Position numbers and translations under genes: made by a program. Positions 1 through 9,809 of a stretch of 64,000 nucleotides of DNA are shown here, one piece after another. Below the pieces are notes generated by a model that was given only the letters and a program-made list of their open reading frames with translations, searched no databases and had not been told where the DNA came from. The stretch's first letter is position 1, and each line of letters begins with the position of its first letter. Source of the DNA: Cytophagales bacterium (lineage in GTDB: Bacteria > Bacteroidota > Bacteroidia > Cytophagales > JAAEPT01); NCBI GenBank assembly GCA_965224495.1, contig CBDCZI010000025.1:32586-96585 (forward strand), written 5' to 3'.

Positions 1-558
1 ATTCTATTTTCAAATGAATCCGTTCCTCGATTTTCCTTTAAAAGTGCCGCAACCTTTTCATTTTTTAATGAATCAGATTGGACCTCAAAATTTTTGATTA
101 AATCTTGCGAGGAAGCGCAAAGTATAAAAAGAGAAAATAGACAACTAAATAAATACTTCATGGAGAACTAAAAGCTTTTGAATACTAAAATTTGGGACAA
201 AAATATACAAAATTAAAAACAATTGGCACTGAATATTATTGAGTTACATCATAATGATTGGATCATAGTATCCGGTATACCTTTAAATACAACGAAAATT
301 AGTCTAAACATTAACCTATTTTAAAATCATTAGAAAGGGATTTGATGGGCAATCCATCACAATGTTAATCATTCAGAGAGAGGTGTTTTGTTTAAATCAA
401 CTTAAAATGAGATACTTGGCAAGTTTTTTAAATGAATTTATATGTGTTAAAAATTTTAATATGAACTAATCTAACTTTTCTAAATATCAAATATTATTCA
501 TATCATTGTGTATTAAAGTTTGCATAAATTTAGTATTCTATATCCTAAAAAAAAAGTA

Positions 559-1392
559 ATGAAAAATTTAATTATTGTTTTATTCGTACTACTTTCAACT
601 AGTTCTGTTAGCGCTCAAACGAATGTAGTCTTTTATACTAATATGGGTAATTTCATGGTTGAAATTCGTAATGATTTAGTACCTGCAACTGGAAATAATT
701 TTTTGAATTTAGTGACAGACGAATATTATGATGGTATCATTTTTCACCGAGTGATTGACAATTTTATGATTCAGAGTGGTGACCCAACAGGAACTGGATC
801 AGGTGGTCCTGGATATACAATAGATGATGAATTTCACCCCGATTTGACTAATGCCCAAATGACCATTTCAATGGCTAATTCTGGACCCAACTCTGGAGGA
901 AGCCAGTTTTTCATTAACCTGGTTAATAATTATTTTCTAGATCATGATATGGCACCGTTGACATCTGCGCATCCCGTATTCGGAATTGTTACCCAAGGAT
1001 TTGAAGTTGTACAGGATATTGGAGGTGTTTCAACAAATGCTTCTGACAGACCAATCAATAATGTTGTTATTGACAGTATACGTGTGACAAATGATTTTAC
1101 TCCAGCTGGAATTGAGGACAAAGATTTGACAAAAAGTGAAGTGAGTGTTTACCCGAATCCGATTGTTGCCAACTCTATTGTTAAAATTAATTCTATTGGA
1201 GCTGAGTTGAGTGAAATTAGTATTTACGACTGTTTTGGCCGGCTTGTTTCCAGCACAAGTTTGTATTTGCTGCAAGGGGTAAACGAATTTAGTTTAGCAC
1301 CATTGACTACAAATATAAGTGCGAGTGGAATTTATTATTTACGTATAACAACAGAAGGCAATACTCAAAATGTTAAGATTAGAGTAGACTAG
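559..1392 (+). CDS. secreted cyclophilin-type peptidyl-prolyl cis-trans isomerase with T9SS C-terminal sorting domain
   Basis: ORF 520-1392; likely ATG at 559 giving signal peptide MKNLIIVLFVLLSTSSVSAQ. Cyclophilin blocks FHRVIDNFMIQSGDPTGTGSGGPGY and MANSGPNSGGSQFFI. The last ~85 aa (VSVYPNP...GIYYLRITTEGNTQNVKIRVD) look like a Por/T9SS CTD ending 1-3 aa before the stop. Confidence 0.85.
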   Translation: MKNLIIVLFVLLSTSSVSAQTNVVFYTNMGNFMVEIRNDLVPATGNNFLNLVTDEYYDGIIFHRVIDNFMIQSGDPTGTGSGGPGYTIDDEFHPDLTNAQMTISMANSGPNSGGSQFFINLVNNYFLDHDMAPLTSAHPVFGIVTQGFEVVQDIGGVSTNASDRPINNVVIDSIRVTNDFTPAGIEDKDLTKSEVSVYPNPIVANSIVKINSIGAELSEISIYDCFGRLVSSTSLYLLQGVNEFSLAPLTTNISASGIYYLRITTEGNTQNVKIRVD

Positions 1393-1435
1393 ATAAAAAG
1401 CCAATTCTTAAGAAGGTAAACTTTAAAGAATAGCT

Positions 1436-3145
1436 TTAATTTAATATTGATGGTAAAATATACGTTTCCAATATTTTTTCAGGCTGTTGGAATTTTCCAT
1501 TTCTTAAATTAAAAGATGTAATAACTACAACAGATTTCAACTCCGGAAGAACAAAAATATATTGCCCTCCTGCGCCTCTAGCTTCAATAGATTTTATTGA
1601 TTGACCATTTACAGTATACGTTTTATGCCACCATAAATAACCATATCCATTTTTATCAATTGTATTTTCTAATATATGATAATTCTTAAAGGACTTTTCT
1701 ACCCATTTTTTTGAAACAACTCTTTCAGTTTTCCATTTTCCTTTATCTAAATATAACTGTCCAAACTTTAACATATCTCTTGGCGTTAAATACATGCCTC
1801 CTCCAAAGTATGGTGTGTCATGTCCATCAGATTGGATGATATAATTTGATATTTCTAATTTTTGAAATAAAGCTTTATCCATAAATAATTCTAAAGGTTC
1901 TGAAGTAACGGAATTTACAATAGCACCTAATAAATAAGGATTGGCTGAACCATAATTGGAATGTAGATTTGGTTTGTAAAGCATTGGCGCCTCTAAAATA
2001 TACTTTGTGATGTCCGGTTGCTGTTGATAATTAGATTCTGTTGCATGTGATTTTCGTTCTATCCCGAAATCAATTGCATCTAATCCTGAACTCATAGTGA
2101 GTAAACTGTGAATTGAGATTTGTTCTTTTAAAGGGTCAGTTGTGACCGTATATTTTTCAGGTAAAAAATCATAAAGTTTCTCATTTTCATCCTTAATCAT
2201 TTTCTTATCGATTGCAATACCTACAATTGCAGAAGAAATACTTTTAGAAGCAGAACGTGTATCGTGAGGAATTGATCGGTTGTATCCTGAAAAATAGCTT
2301 TCATAAATTAATTTTCCATTCCTTGCGATTAGCACACTATGGGTGTTTTCAAAAGCGTTAGTGTTTATAGAATCTTCCATTTTACCAATTAATTCCTTAT
2401 TTAAGTTTTTTGGTATTGAAATATCCCATCCATCATTTAAAAGTAAAGGCGTTTTATTAGCATTATCGGTTTTAATACCGCCTATTTTCCAGTCTTCTTT
2501 AGAGGGGGTTAATTCAATTTGAGTAACGGATTTACCTGCAAGGCTTACCTCTAATTTAATTTTTGATTTATTTAATAATCCTTTAAACCCTAAACCTGTT
2601 TTAAAATCAATAAATGATATTGTGTCTTTGTTTTTTTTGAAACCGGTACACCAAGTTCCCGTGAATCGGTCATCACCAAAAAATGGATAGGCTTCATAAT
2701 TTTCTTCTGAGCCATTTTCAATACTTAAATAGAAGGCATTAGATTTTAGTTCATCAACAATAAAAACATTCCATTTCCCTACATAAATTTTCTTATTATT
2801 TTTAGTCAATTTAATATGATACATTAAATAACCTGATTTTATAAAACCATTAATTTGGGATTTATCTTTATTAAATTCTCCTTTAAAAGAGAGGTTCTCA
2901 TTTATAAATACGTCAATTAAATGAGTGTTGAGTTTAGAAAACTTTTGATTAATAATAGAATGAGTATTAGATATTTTAAAAGCGTACGTTTCAGTATCAA
3001 AATGTTCAATTTCGACTGTAAAATTTAGTGTTTTTGAAGTCTTGAATTGACCTTCCCAATGCATTGTATAATCTTCCATATTTTGCGCTTTTAAGGAAGA
3101 AACTAATGGTAATAGAAAAAGGCTTAAAAAAATATGTAATCTCAT
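1436..3145 (-). CDS. serine hydrolase of the beta-lactamase/PBP-like fold with an extra ~250-aa N-terminal domain
   Basis: 569-aa ORF with signal peptide MRLHIFLSLFLLPLVSSLKAQ. S-x-x-K nucleophile motif in RSASKSISS. The C-terminal half looks like class-C-beta-lactamase-related esterases by eye. Confidence 0.65.
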   Translation of the reverse strand: MRLHIFLSLFLLPLVSSLKAQNMEDYTMHWEGQFKTSKTLNFTVEIEHFDTETYAFKISNTHSIINQKFSKLNTHLIDVFINENLSFKGEFNKDKSQINGFIKSGYLMYHIKLTKNNKKIYVGKWNVFIVDELKSNAFYLSIENGSEENYEAYPFFGDDRFTGTWCTGFKKNKDTISFIDFKTGLGFKGLLNKSKIKLEVSLAGKSVTQIELTPSKEDWKIGGIKTDNANKTPLLLNDGWDISIPKNLNKELIGKMEDSINTNAFENTHSVLIARNGKLIYESYFSGYNRSIPHDTRSASKSISSAIVGIAIDKKMIKDENEKLYDFLPEKYTVTTDPLKEQISIHSLLTMSSGLDAIDFGIERKSHATESNYQQQPDITKYILEAPMLYKPNLHSNYGSANPYLLGAIVNSVTSEPLELFMDKALFQKLEISNYIIQSDGHDTPYFGGGMYLTPRDMLKFGQLYLDKGKWKTERVVSKKWVEKSFKNYHILENTIDKNGYGYLWWHKTYTVNGQSIKSIEARGAGGQYIFVLPELKSVVVITSFNLRNGKFQQPEKILETYILPSILN

Positions 3146-3185
3146 AATGGCTTATTTATTTTATAGTGCAAAGATGAGGTTATCG

Positions 3186-4016
3186 TCACTTTAATAATTG
3201 TATATTTTTAACATTATTAATTTTTTTATTAAAGCCCGTAGGAGAAACTTTATAAATCTTTTTGAAGTTTGATATAAAATGGCTTTGGTCATAAAAGCCA
3301 CATTTATAACAAATTTCTGTCATTGAAAATTGATTAGATGAGATTAATGTGATGGCTTTATTTAGCTTTAACTGCCTTATATATTGACCTAATGTAGTTC
3401 CAAAATACTTATGAAATTCTCTTGAAAGATGAACTGAGTGAATATCTAGTGCTTTGCTTAGCTCGGTAAGTTTAAAGTTTGTTTCTGTGTCTTGAAGAAT
3501 TTCTTGCAATTTTTTTACCCATTCAGGTTTCTTTAAATACTTATCTGATTCTTGAGTTTTTATCTTGTTGAAAATATCAACCATCAATAATTCAATACTT
3601 AATTGACTTAGATTATCATTAACTTTAGTTTCAAGAAAAACTTTATTCATTAAGCTTTTAATGATCGGGTTTTTTAAATTAAGACTTCCTTCAAAATCCA
3701 TTATAGAAACATTATGCTTAGTAAACCAATCTAAATTAAATTCTATATGGAATCCTCTGGTAAAGTCTTTAGGTTTTATATTATGATGAGAATCTTGCCA
3801 ATTATGAAAGAGCAAACTACCAGGTTCTAAATAGTATTCTTCTTTTTTATTGGCTTCATATAGTTTGCCTTGTAAAAGGTATGTGAAATAAGGATTTTCG
3901 TGAAAATGCCAATCAACCTTGTCATGTGTGTATTCAGTATCTGTTATTGTGAACGCGTCAAAATTTAGTTTTTGGTAATGACTTCCAAAAAATTCTCCTC
4001 TTTTTAGTTCGTTCAT
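3186..4016 (-). CDS. AraC-family transcriptional regulator (cupin-like sensor plus HTH)
   Basis: C-terminal AraC-type double HTH (LTELSKALDIHSVHLSREFHKYFGTTLGQYIRQLKLNKA ... ICYKCGFYDQSHFISNFKKIYKVSPTGF). The N-terminal half is cupin-like (WHFHENPYFTYLLQG). Confidence 0.85.
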   Translation of the reverse strand: MNELKRGEFFGSHYQKLNFDAFTITDTEYTHDKVDWHFHENPYFTYLLQGKLYEANKKEEYYLEPGSLLFHNWQDSHHNIKPKDFTRGFHIEFNLDWFTKHNVSIMDFEGSLNLKNPIIKSLMNKVFLETKVNDNLSQLSIELLMVDIFNKIKTQESDKYLKKPEWVKKLQEILQDTETNFKLTELSKALDIHSVHLSREFHKYFGTTLGQYIRQLKLNKAITLISSNQFSMTEICYKCGFYDQSHFISNFKKIYKVSPTGFNKKINNVKNIQLLK

Positions 4017-4172
4017 TCTCTCCTTTTCTTTTTGTATCTTAGTTTGACTAAAGTAAGTAAATTTATTTTCGCATGAAGGAAAGTGTCCAAAATCTATGAT
4101 TTTAATTATGTCCGTTTTCGCTGGTGTATCAGAATATAGAGATTAGTGTATTCTTACTTTTTGGTTTAGTTC

Positions 4173-5639
4173 TTAAATAGATTTAATTATAGGAGAGGTG
4201 AATTTTTCAGTGAATTTCTCAAAATATTTTGCAATATCCAATAGTTTCTTATCTGTCCATTTTTTAGAATGGATTTGAATTCCAACTGGCATTCCATTTT
4301 CTTTTTTTCCAATTGGAATAACAACGATTGGATGTCCAGAAAATGCAGTTGTAAACACAAATGAGGCTATGGCTTTTGTATATGCTATTTTTTTGTTGTT
4401 TATAATGAATGGTTTTCCTGCTTTTTGATGTTTGTACGCTTCCATTGAACAAACAGGCGTGATCCAAATGTCATGCTTAGTTAAAAATAAATTATAAACA
4501 TCCGTAAATTCATCTTTAATATCTAGTGCCTTTGCGTATTCGGTATTGTTTAACCGTTGACCCTTTGCCATACCTTTTGCCCATAAATGATCTTTGTATT
4601 TTAAGCGAATAAATGAATACATAAAAGTGCTTAATAATGGTATTTTTGGATTGTTAACCCCAATTTCGAATCCTATAATTTTACTGCAAGTAACATAGGC
4701 CTTTTCTTCATTATAACTTGGGTTTTCTGTGTGAAATGAATGCTCCGTTTTCTTGATTTTATCTATGAATGTCCTAAATATTGTTCTGTATTCTATGTCG
4801 ATTTCGGTATTATTAATTGTTTCTGAAACCGCAATATTTAATTTTTCGCCATTCCATTCACTACTATTAAAACCAACATCAGGAATTTCAGCCAAAGGAT
4901 AGTTTATGTTATCTGCCAAAACACTCATCATTAAGGTTAAATCATCAATGTTTTTAGCGAATGGCCCAGGTACTACAATATGTCTTCTTCCTTGGGGCTT
5001 ATTAGGATATTTTAAGTGGCCTCTATTGGATAATAAATCTTCAGTTGGTCTTAATCCACATATCCCACAAAAATGAGCAGGAACTCGAATTGAGCCTCCA
5101 GCATCTGAACCAAGTGATAAAGGCGATAAATTAGATGCAACAGCTACAGAAGAACCTCCCGAACTGCCGCCAGCTACTCGAGATAAATCAAAAGGATTAT
5201 TGGTTTGGCCATTCCAAAAATTGGTGCTTTGCCAATCAATACAAAAAAAAGCAACATTGGTCATTCCTATGATGATTGCTCCGGCATTTTTTAATCGTTT
5301 TACTAATTCGGCATCCTCCTCTGCGATATTATTCCTAAGCATTGGGTCACCATTTGTTGTTTTTAAACCTTTAACTAAAAAGCTTTCCTTTATTGTTATT
5401 GGAACTCCAAACAAAATACCTAACGCTTTACCTTCTTCAATTTGCAAGTCTTTTTCTTTGGCCTCCCTAATTAGATCTTCTTTTTTTCGAAGGTCACTAA
5501 TTGCATTAACAATAGGGTTAATTAGTTCTATTTGCTTTAAAAAAGCATTAAGCGTTTGTGTAACTGTAATTTCTTTTTTATTTATTTTGATGGCTATTTC
5601 ATAAGCCGATAAGGATATAATTTCTTTGCTCATCTTCAA
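4173..5639 (-). CDS. amidase-signature family amidase
   Basis: 488 aa. Gly/Ser-rich amidase signature AGGSSGGSSVAVAS followed by GSDAGGSIRVPA. Confidence 0.85.
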   Translation of the reverse strand: MKMSKEIISLSAYEIAIKINKKEITVTQTLNAFLKQIELINPIVNAISDLRKKEDLIREAKEKDLQIEEGKALGILFGVPITIKESFLVKGLKTTNGDPMLRNNIAEEDAELVKRLKNAGAIIIGMTNVAFFCIDWQSTNFWNGQTNNPFDLSRVAGGSSGGSSVAVASNLSPLSLGSDAGGSIRVPAHFCGICGLRPTEDLLSNRGHLKYPNKPQGRRHIVVPGPFAKNIDDLTLMMSVLADNINYPLAEIPDVGFNSSEWNGEKLNIAVSETINNTEIDIEYRTIFRTFIDKIKKTEHSFHTENPSYNEEKAYVTCSKIIGFEIGVNNPKIPLLSTFMYSFIRLKYKDHLWAKGMAKGQRLNNTEYAKALDIKDEFTDVYNLFLTKHDIWITPVCSMEAYKHQKAGKPFIINNKKIAYTKAIASFVFTTAFSGHPIVVIPIGKKENGMPVGIQIHSKKWTDKKLLDIAKYFEKFTEKFTSPIIKSI

Positions 5640-5813
5640 TTATTTGATGCAAAGAACTGAACTATAAAATGAAATTTATTTGACAATTGTCAAATAATGA
5701 GAGTTATACTTATGCCATATAATATGAGCCTAACAAAGCATTTATATTAGAGTTACTTTTTCCAATGCATTGCGTATTATAATTAATGAATTATATTCTT
5801 TGAGTCGTGTAAC

Positions 5814-6626
5814 TTAAATCCGTTTTCCTATAACTTCAACCACTTTTTCAGACCAAAGCATTTTAAAATGTCCAGTCCCTTCTATTTCAATTAATTCAGA
5901 ATTTTCAATTAATGCACTTACAGATTTAGTGGTTTCAATTGGAATTACTTTATCTAATTTATCATGAATAAAGGTGATGTCTTTTAGTTCTATATTTTTA
6001 ATGACTGTACTGACCTTGAGTGTTAAAGGGTCATATTCAGTTGTTGTTTTTCTTATTTTATTAGTAAGTAATTTAGTGGTTTTATCTGTTAAGCCAAATT
6101 GAATTACAGCAAGATCAATAAATTCTGAAAATCTGTTAGGCGTGGTTAATGCAAACATTTTATTGACTCTATATTTTAGAGAGTTCATAGCTGTAAAGGC
6201 AAATACGGTACCCATAGAATGGGTAATAATTAAGTCATATTTATGTTTTTCTAAGAATAGTTTTACTAAATCAGCCATTTCGAAAAAACTTGTTTTTTTC
6301 TTTGTGCTTGCGCCATGACAAGGGCCATCAAAGCTAATAACTTCGTATTCTTTTTTTGTTAATTCAGGAATGATTGCACCAAAGTTAGAAGCTCTCCCTC
6401 CCCACCCATGTATAAGCAATGCTTTTTTATTTCCATTTCCCCATTTATACGTTTTAATGTTAAATTTTTTAAACCTAATTATATCCTCAGATGCGAGCTC
6501 TATTATTGATTTTTCGAATGTTCTTATTTTCTTTTTTTTTGGTTTTGAAATAAAATTAAATGCTATTTTCGCAGCTAACTTGGGTGATGCTTTTTGTAGG
6601 ATATTAAATATTGTTTTCAAATTCAT
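5814..6626 (-). CDS. alpha/beta-fold hydrolase
   Basis: Oxyanion-hole HG motif (LLIHGWGG), nucleophile elbow ITHSMGT, and C-terminal GTGHF providing the catalytic His. Confidence 0.7.
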   Translation of the reverse strand: MNLKTIFNILQKASPKLAAKIAFNFISKPKKKKIRTFEKSIIELASEDIIRFKKFNIKTYKWGNGNKKALLIHGWGGRASNFGAIIPELTKKEYEVISFDGPCHGASTKKKTSFFEMADLVKLFLEKHKYDLIITHSMGTVFAFTAMNSLKYRVNKMFALTTPNRFSEFIDLAVIQFGLTDKTTKLLTNKIRKTTTEYDPLTLKVSTVIKNIELKDITFIHDKLDKVIPIETTKSVSALIENSELIEIEGTGHFKMLWSEKVVEVIGKRI

Positions 6627-6844
6627 TAGATAGATTATTAGTAACCCAGCAAAGTTCTATCATTTTAATGATTTTAGCATGACACATAAGTGTCAGTATA
6701 GAGATAAACTTTTCTAATTCGAGTTAATGCTTGTTGCGCAAAGTCTAGAAAAGAAGAAAAGTGTATTTAAGCTAGGAGTTGAATAAACAAAAAAAGCATT
6801 TTACCAAATGATAAAATGCTTTTGAAATGGTTTTTCACTGTTGG

Positions 6845-7030
6845 TTAGCTACCGCAATATAAACAACCATCTTCGTCATAAGTGTCAAGTTCTGGTTGTG
6901 TTTCAATAGCAGGCTGTAATTGCTTTTTTAATTCGTAAATGGCTTGTTGTGTGTCTCCGTCTTCAAATAAATTTCCTGTTAATTTAGTTTTTAAAGCCTT
7001 TATTTCTTCGTGTATTGCCTCTTCGTTCAT
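6845..7030 (-). CDS. small acidic hypothetical protein ending in C-x-x-C-G-S
   Basis: 61-aa ORF starting at ATG. Predicted helical acidic N-terminal part; the C-terminus is DEDGCLYCGS. No family recognised. Confidence 0.4.
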   Translation of the reverse strand: MNEEAIHEEIKALKTKLTGNLFEDGDTQQAIYELKKQLQPAIETQPELDTYDEDGCLYCGS

Positions 7031-7421
7031 ATGGATTTTTTTTTATTTACTAATTCAAATGTACAATGTCCTTGTTAGAAAGCAAAATCAAATTTTAAAC
7101 ACAAATTTGTTAGTTTAGTTTTATAAAAGATAGAACTATTCGTTGAAAAAAATCTATCGACAAGTACCAACTAATTAATATTTTCATATCCTCTCAGTTA
7201 ACAACTTACTAAAGAACAATATTCTCAAAATAACATAGGCTATAATCAATAATGAGTAGACAGCAAATCGTTACAGTATTTAAATAAATTTTTTAGCATA
7301 AAAGAACTGAAAAATAATCTTATTGAGCAGAAACTATAAGCACGTCAGATATTCTTTTATTATTGTTAAGTATTTAAATAACAGATTGTTATAGTCTAAG
7401 TGTGAGGTTTTGAGATAGCCA

Positions 7422-8963
7422 CTATTTGTCCGGTTCAGCATCAATTTCGGTAATCATTTTCACAGCTTCAGGTTTTGGAGGGTAAATTTTTGAAACGATA
7501 TACCCAACAATCATTGCCAATGCAAAAGATGGTGCTAGAACATCTAATTCTTTTAAATAGTCTCCTATTCCTTCCATATTGGAAAATACAAATTTGAATA
7601 ATATGACTGAAGTAAACCCAGTAATCATAGAAGCAATCGCTCCTTTTTCTGAATATCCTTTCCAAAAAAGGGATAGAATAATTACAGGACAGAAAGTAGC
7701 GGCAATGCCAGACCATCCAAAAATCATAATCCAAAAAACTTGCCTCTCAGGATATAGATTATACAATAAAATAGCGATACCTAGTGCAGCTAGCGCCATC
7801 CCAACAGTAATTAGTCTCGAGAATTTTGTTAGGTCCTCATCCTTTAAATCAGGTCTAAATATTTTTTGATAAAAATCTCTTGTGATTGCACTAGAAGCAA
7901 GAATAAGAAGAGAGTCAATTGTTGACATAATAGCAGAAAGTACAATAGCAATGAATATTGCCACTAGAATTGTAGGTAAGAACTCATGAGTGATCATACT
8001 TAAAACGTTTTCACCTCCAGTTCCTAAAACGCCTTCAGGGTCCTGCCCTTCGGATGTGAAATAAATTCGAGCAAGAATACCAATTGTTACTGCTGCCGCA
8101 TCTGTAAAGAGCGTAAAAAGCAAAGCGACCCATTTTCCTTTATTAATTTCATTTTCACTTTTAATTGACATGAATCTAACATAAACTTGGGGGGAACCTA
8201 AGAAGCCTAATCCAATCATTGAAAATCCTAGAATTGTAAAAATATTCATCCAGCCATCAGTACTTCTTCCCATTACTTGAGTTAGGGTAGGGTCAATGGC
8301 ATTTAATCCCTCAGTTATTCCTGCACCATGATCCATTGAAAACCAAACCACGATAGGAAGCAGAACTAGACCGAAAAACATTAAAACGCCTTGGAACATA
8401 TCTGACCAAACAGCAGCTACAAATCCACCAATAAAAATATAAGCTAGAACAATAAAAAAACCAATTAATGCACCTATCCGATAGTCAACATTAAGCATTG
8501 ACTCGAAGGCAATTCCAGTCACATCCATTTGAGATGCAACATAAATCACAACAAAAATAACTAGCACAGAGGCGGCTATAATTCGAAGCGTATTTGTAGA
8601 TGATTTAAAATGACTCTGAAGGTAATCTGGAATGGTTATCGCACCATATTTATCGGATCGTTTTTTAAAGCGTTTAGCCATGAACTGCCAGGAGATAAAA
8701 ACCCCAAGTAATTCACCCGCAACAACCCAGTAGCTTGAGTAACCAGCCATAGCACCCATTCCGGTTAGTCCAATAAGTAGCCAACCAGATTCACCGGTTG
8801 CTCTTGCAGAAAATGCAACGGCCCAAAATCCCATATTTTTTCCGCCAACATAATAATCACTCATACTTTTGACGCGTCGAGAGGCGAGAATACCAATGAG
8901 AAATAGAATGCCAACATAAATAGCTAGAACAGTTATTTTTATTATTAAATTTTGATCTTGCAT
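7422..8963 (-). CDS. sodium:solute symporter family (SSF) transporter, PutP/PanF-like
   Basis: 513-aa polytopic membrane protein. SSF-like N-terminal block YYVGGKNMGFWAVAFSARATGESGWLLIGLTG and many TM segments. Confidence 0.8.
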   Translation of the reverse strand: MQDQNLIIKITVLAIYVGILFLIGILASRRVKSMSDYYVGGKNMGFWAVAFSARATGESGWLLIGLTGMGAMAGYSSYWVVAGELLGVFISWQFMAKRFKKRSDKYGAITIPDYLQSHFKSSTNTLRIIAASVLVIFVVIYVASQMDVTGIAFESMLNVDYRIGALIGFFIVLAYIFIGGFVAAVWSDMFQGVLMFFGLVLLPIVVWFSMDHGAGITEGLNAIDPTLTQVMGRSTDGWMNIFTILGFSMIGLGFLGSPQVYVRFMSIKSENEINKGKWVALLFTLFTDAAAVTIGILARIYFTSEGQDPEGVLGTGGENVLSMITHEFLPTILVAIFIAIVLSAIMSTIDSLLILASSAITRDFYQKIFRPDLKDEDLTKFSRLITVGMALAALGIAILLYNLYPERQVFWIMIFGWSGIAATFCPVIILSLFWKGYSEKGAIASMITGFTSVILFKFVFSNMEGIGDYLKELDVLAPSFALAMIVGYIVSKIYPPKPEAVKMITEIDAEPDK

Positions 8964-9132
8964 AGTGTTTGTGGTTAGTGATTTACCATTAAGTGATTTG
9001 AAAGTTTAAAACTTCAAAATAATCACTGAATAGTCGAGTTTTAAGATTGTGCAAATTGCTCATAAAAATTAGATAAATTGCAATTTTTTGATTAAAATCG
9101 TTTAAAAATAGCGGAAAAAGCATAAAAATCAC

Positions 9133-9140
9133 TATATTTG
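9133..9140 (+). promoter_or_regulatory. candidate Bacteroidetes -7 promoter box (TAnnTTTG) upstream of the CDO operon
   Basis: TATATTTG lies ~100 nt upstream of the 9244 start. This is a motif match only. Confidence 0.3.
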
Positions 9141-9243
9141 CACTATTAACGATTTGAAAAAGTCATATCGATATAATGAGTTGGATTTGGGGAATGACCT
9201 TGGATTTGTACATTAAATGAACAGAAAAAAGCGATAAATTGTT

Positions 9244-9777
9244 TTGAATTTTAACGAACACCCCCCCATATTATCTCAATCATTAAATGATTTAGCCACT
9301 GCTCTTTCTGAAGGGGAGAGGACGACCTACAATAACATAATACGCTCAATTAACTTACCAAGCACTGCTTTTGAAAGCTACTGCTCATGGTCTGATGAAT
9401 CGTATACCCGAAATTGTATTATTGATACCAAAGAATTTGAATTGATCCTATTATGCTGGGAGAAAGGACAGATGACCCCTATTCATGATCACGGTGGTGA
9501 AGAATGTTGGGTGAAAATTATCGAAGGTGAATTTAGGGAAACGATTTACAAAGAAGATGAAACCGGTGAACTCAATATTGTTAAATCGGCCATTTCAAAG
9601 TCTAACGACATTTCTTACATGATAGATTTTATGGGTTTTCATAGATTAGAAAACCTGTCTAATAAAAGAAGTATGTCTCTTCATTTATATGCGAAGCCAA
9701 TTCGAAATTGCAGGTTATTTGATGAGAATTCAAGAACATTTGTGAGTAAAAATTTAGCCTATGATACTGTATCATAG
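9244..9777 (+). CDS. cysteine dioxygenase type I (cupin), eukaryote-like active site
   Basis: 177 aa, TTG start in the ORF track. IHDHGGEECWVKIIEGEF (H-x-H with Cys 5 residues after the second His), GFHRLENLS (third His) and MSLHLYAKP (Tyr) line up with mammalian CDO1 His86/His88/Cys93/His140/Tyr157 as I recall them. Confidence 0.8.
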   Translation: MNFNEHPPILSQSLNDLATALSEGERTTYNNIIRSINLPSTAFESYCSWSDESYTRNCIIDTKEFELILLCWEKGQMTPIHDHGGEECWVKIIEGEFRETIYKEDETGELNIVKSAISKSNDISYMIDFMGFHRLENLSNKRSMSLHLYAKPIRNCRLFDENSRTFVSKNLAYDTVS

Positions 9778-9809
9778 TGAAATATTTAAATTAAAATAAT
9801 AAAAATTAC

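Noticed and set aside
1030-8000. Antisense ORFs nested inside well-supported genes here (1030-1275, 4264-4467, 5200-5604, 6370-6633, 7468-7734, 7579-7869) and similar nested ORFs elsewhere in the track (for example 25603-25941, 31602-31853, 41873-42181, 54177-54584).
   Set aside because: Each is fully contained in a longer ORF that has clear family signatures. This is typical shadow-ORF behaviour in AT-rich DNA.
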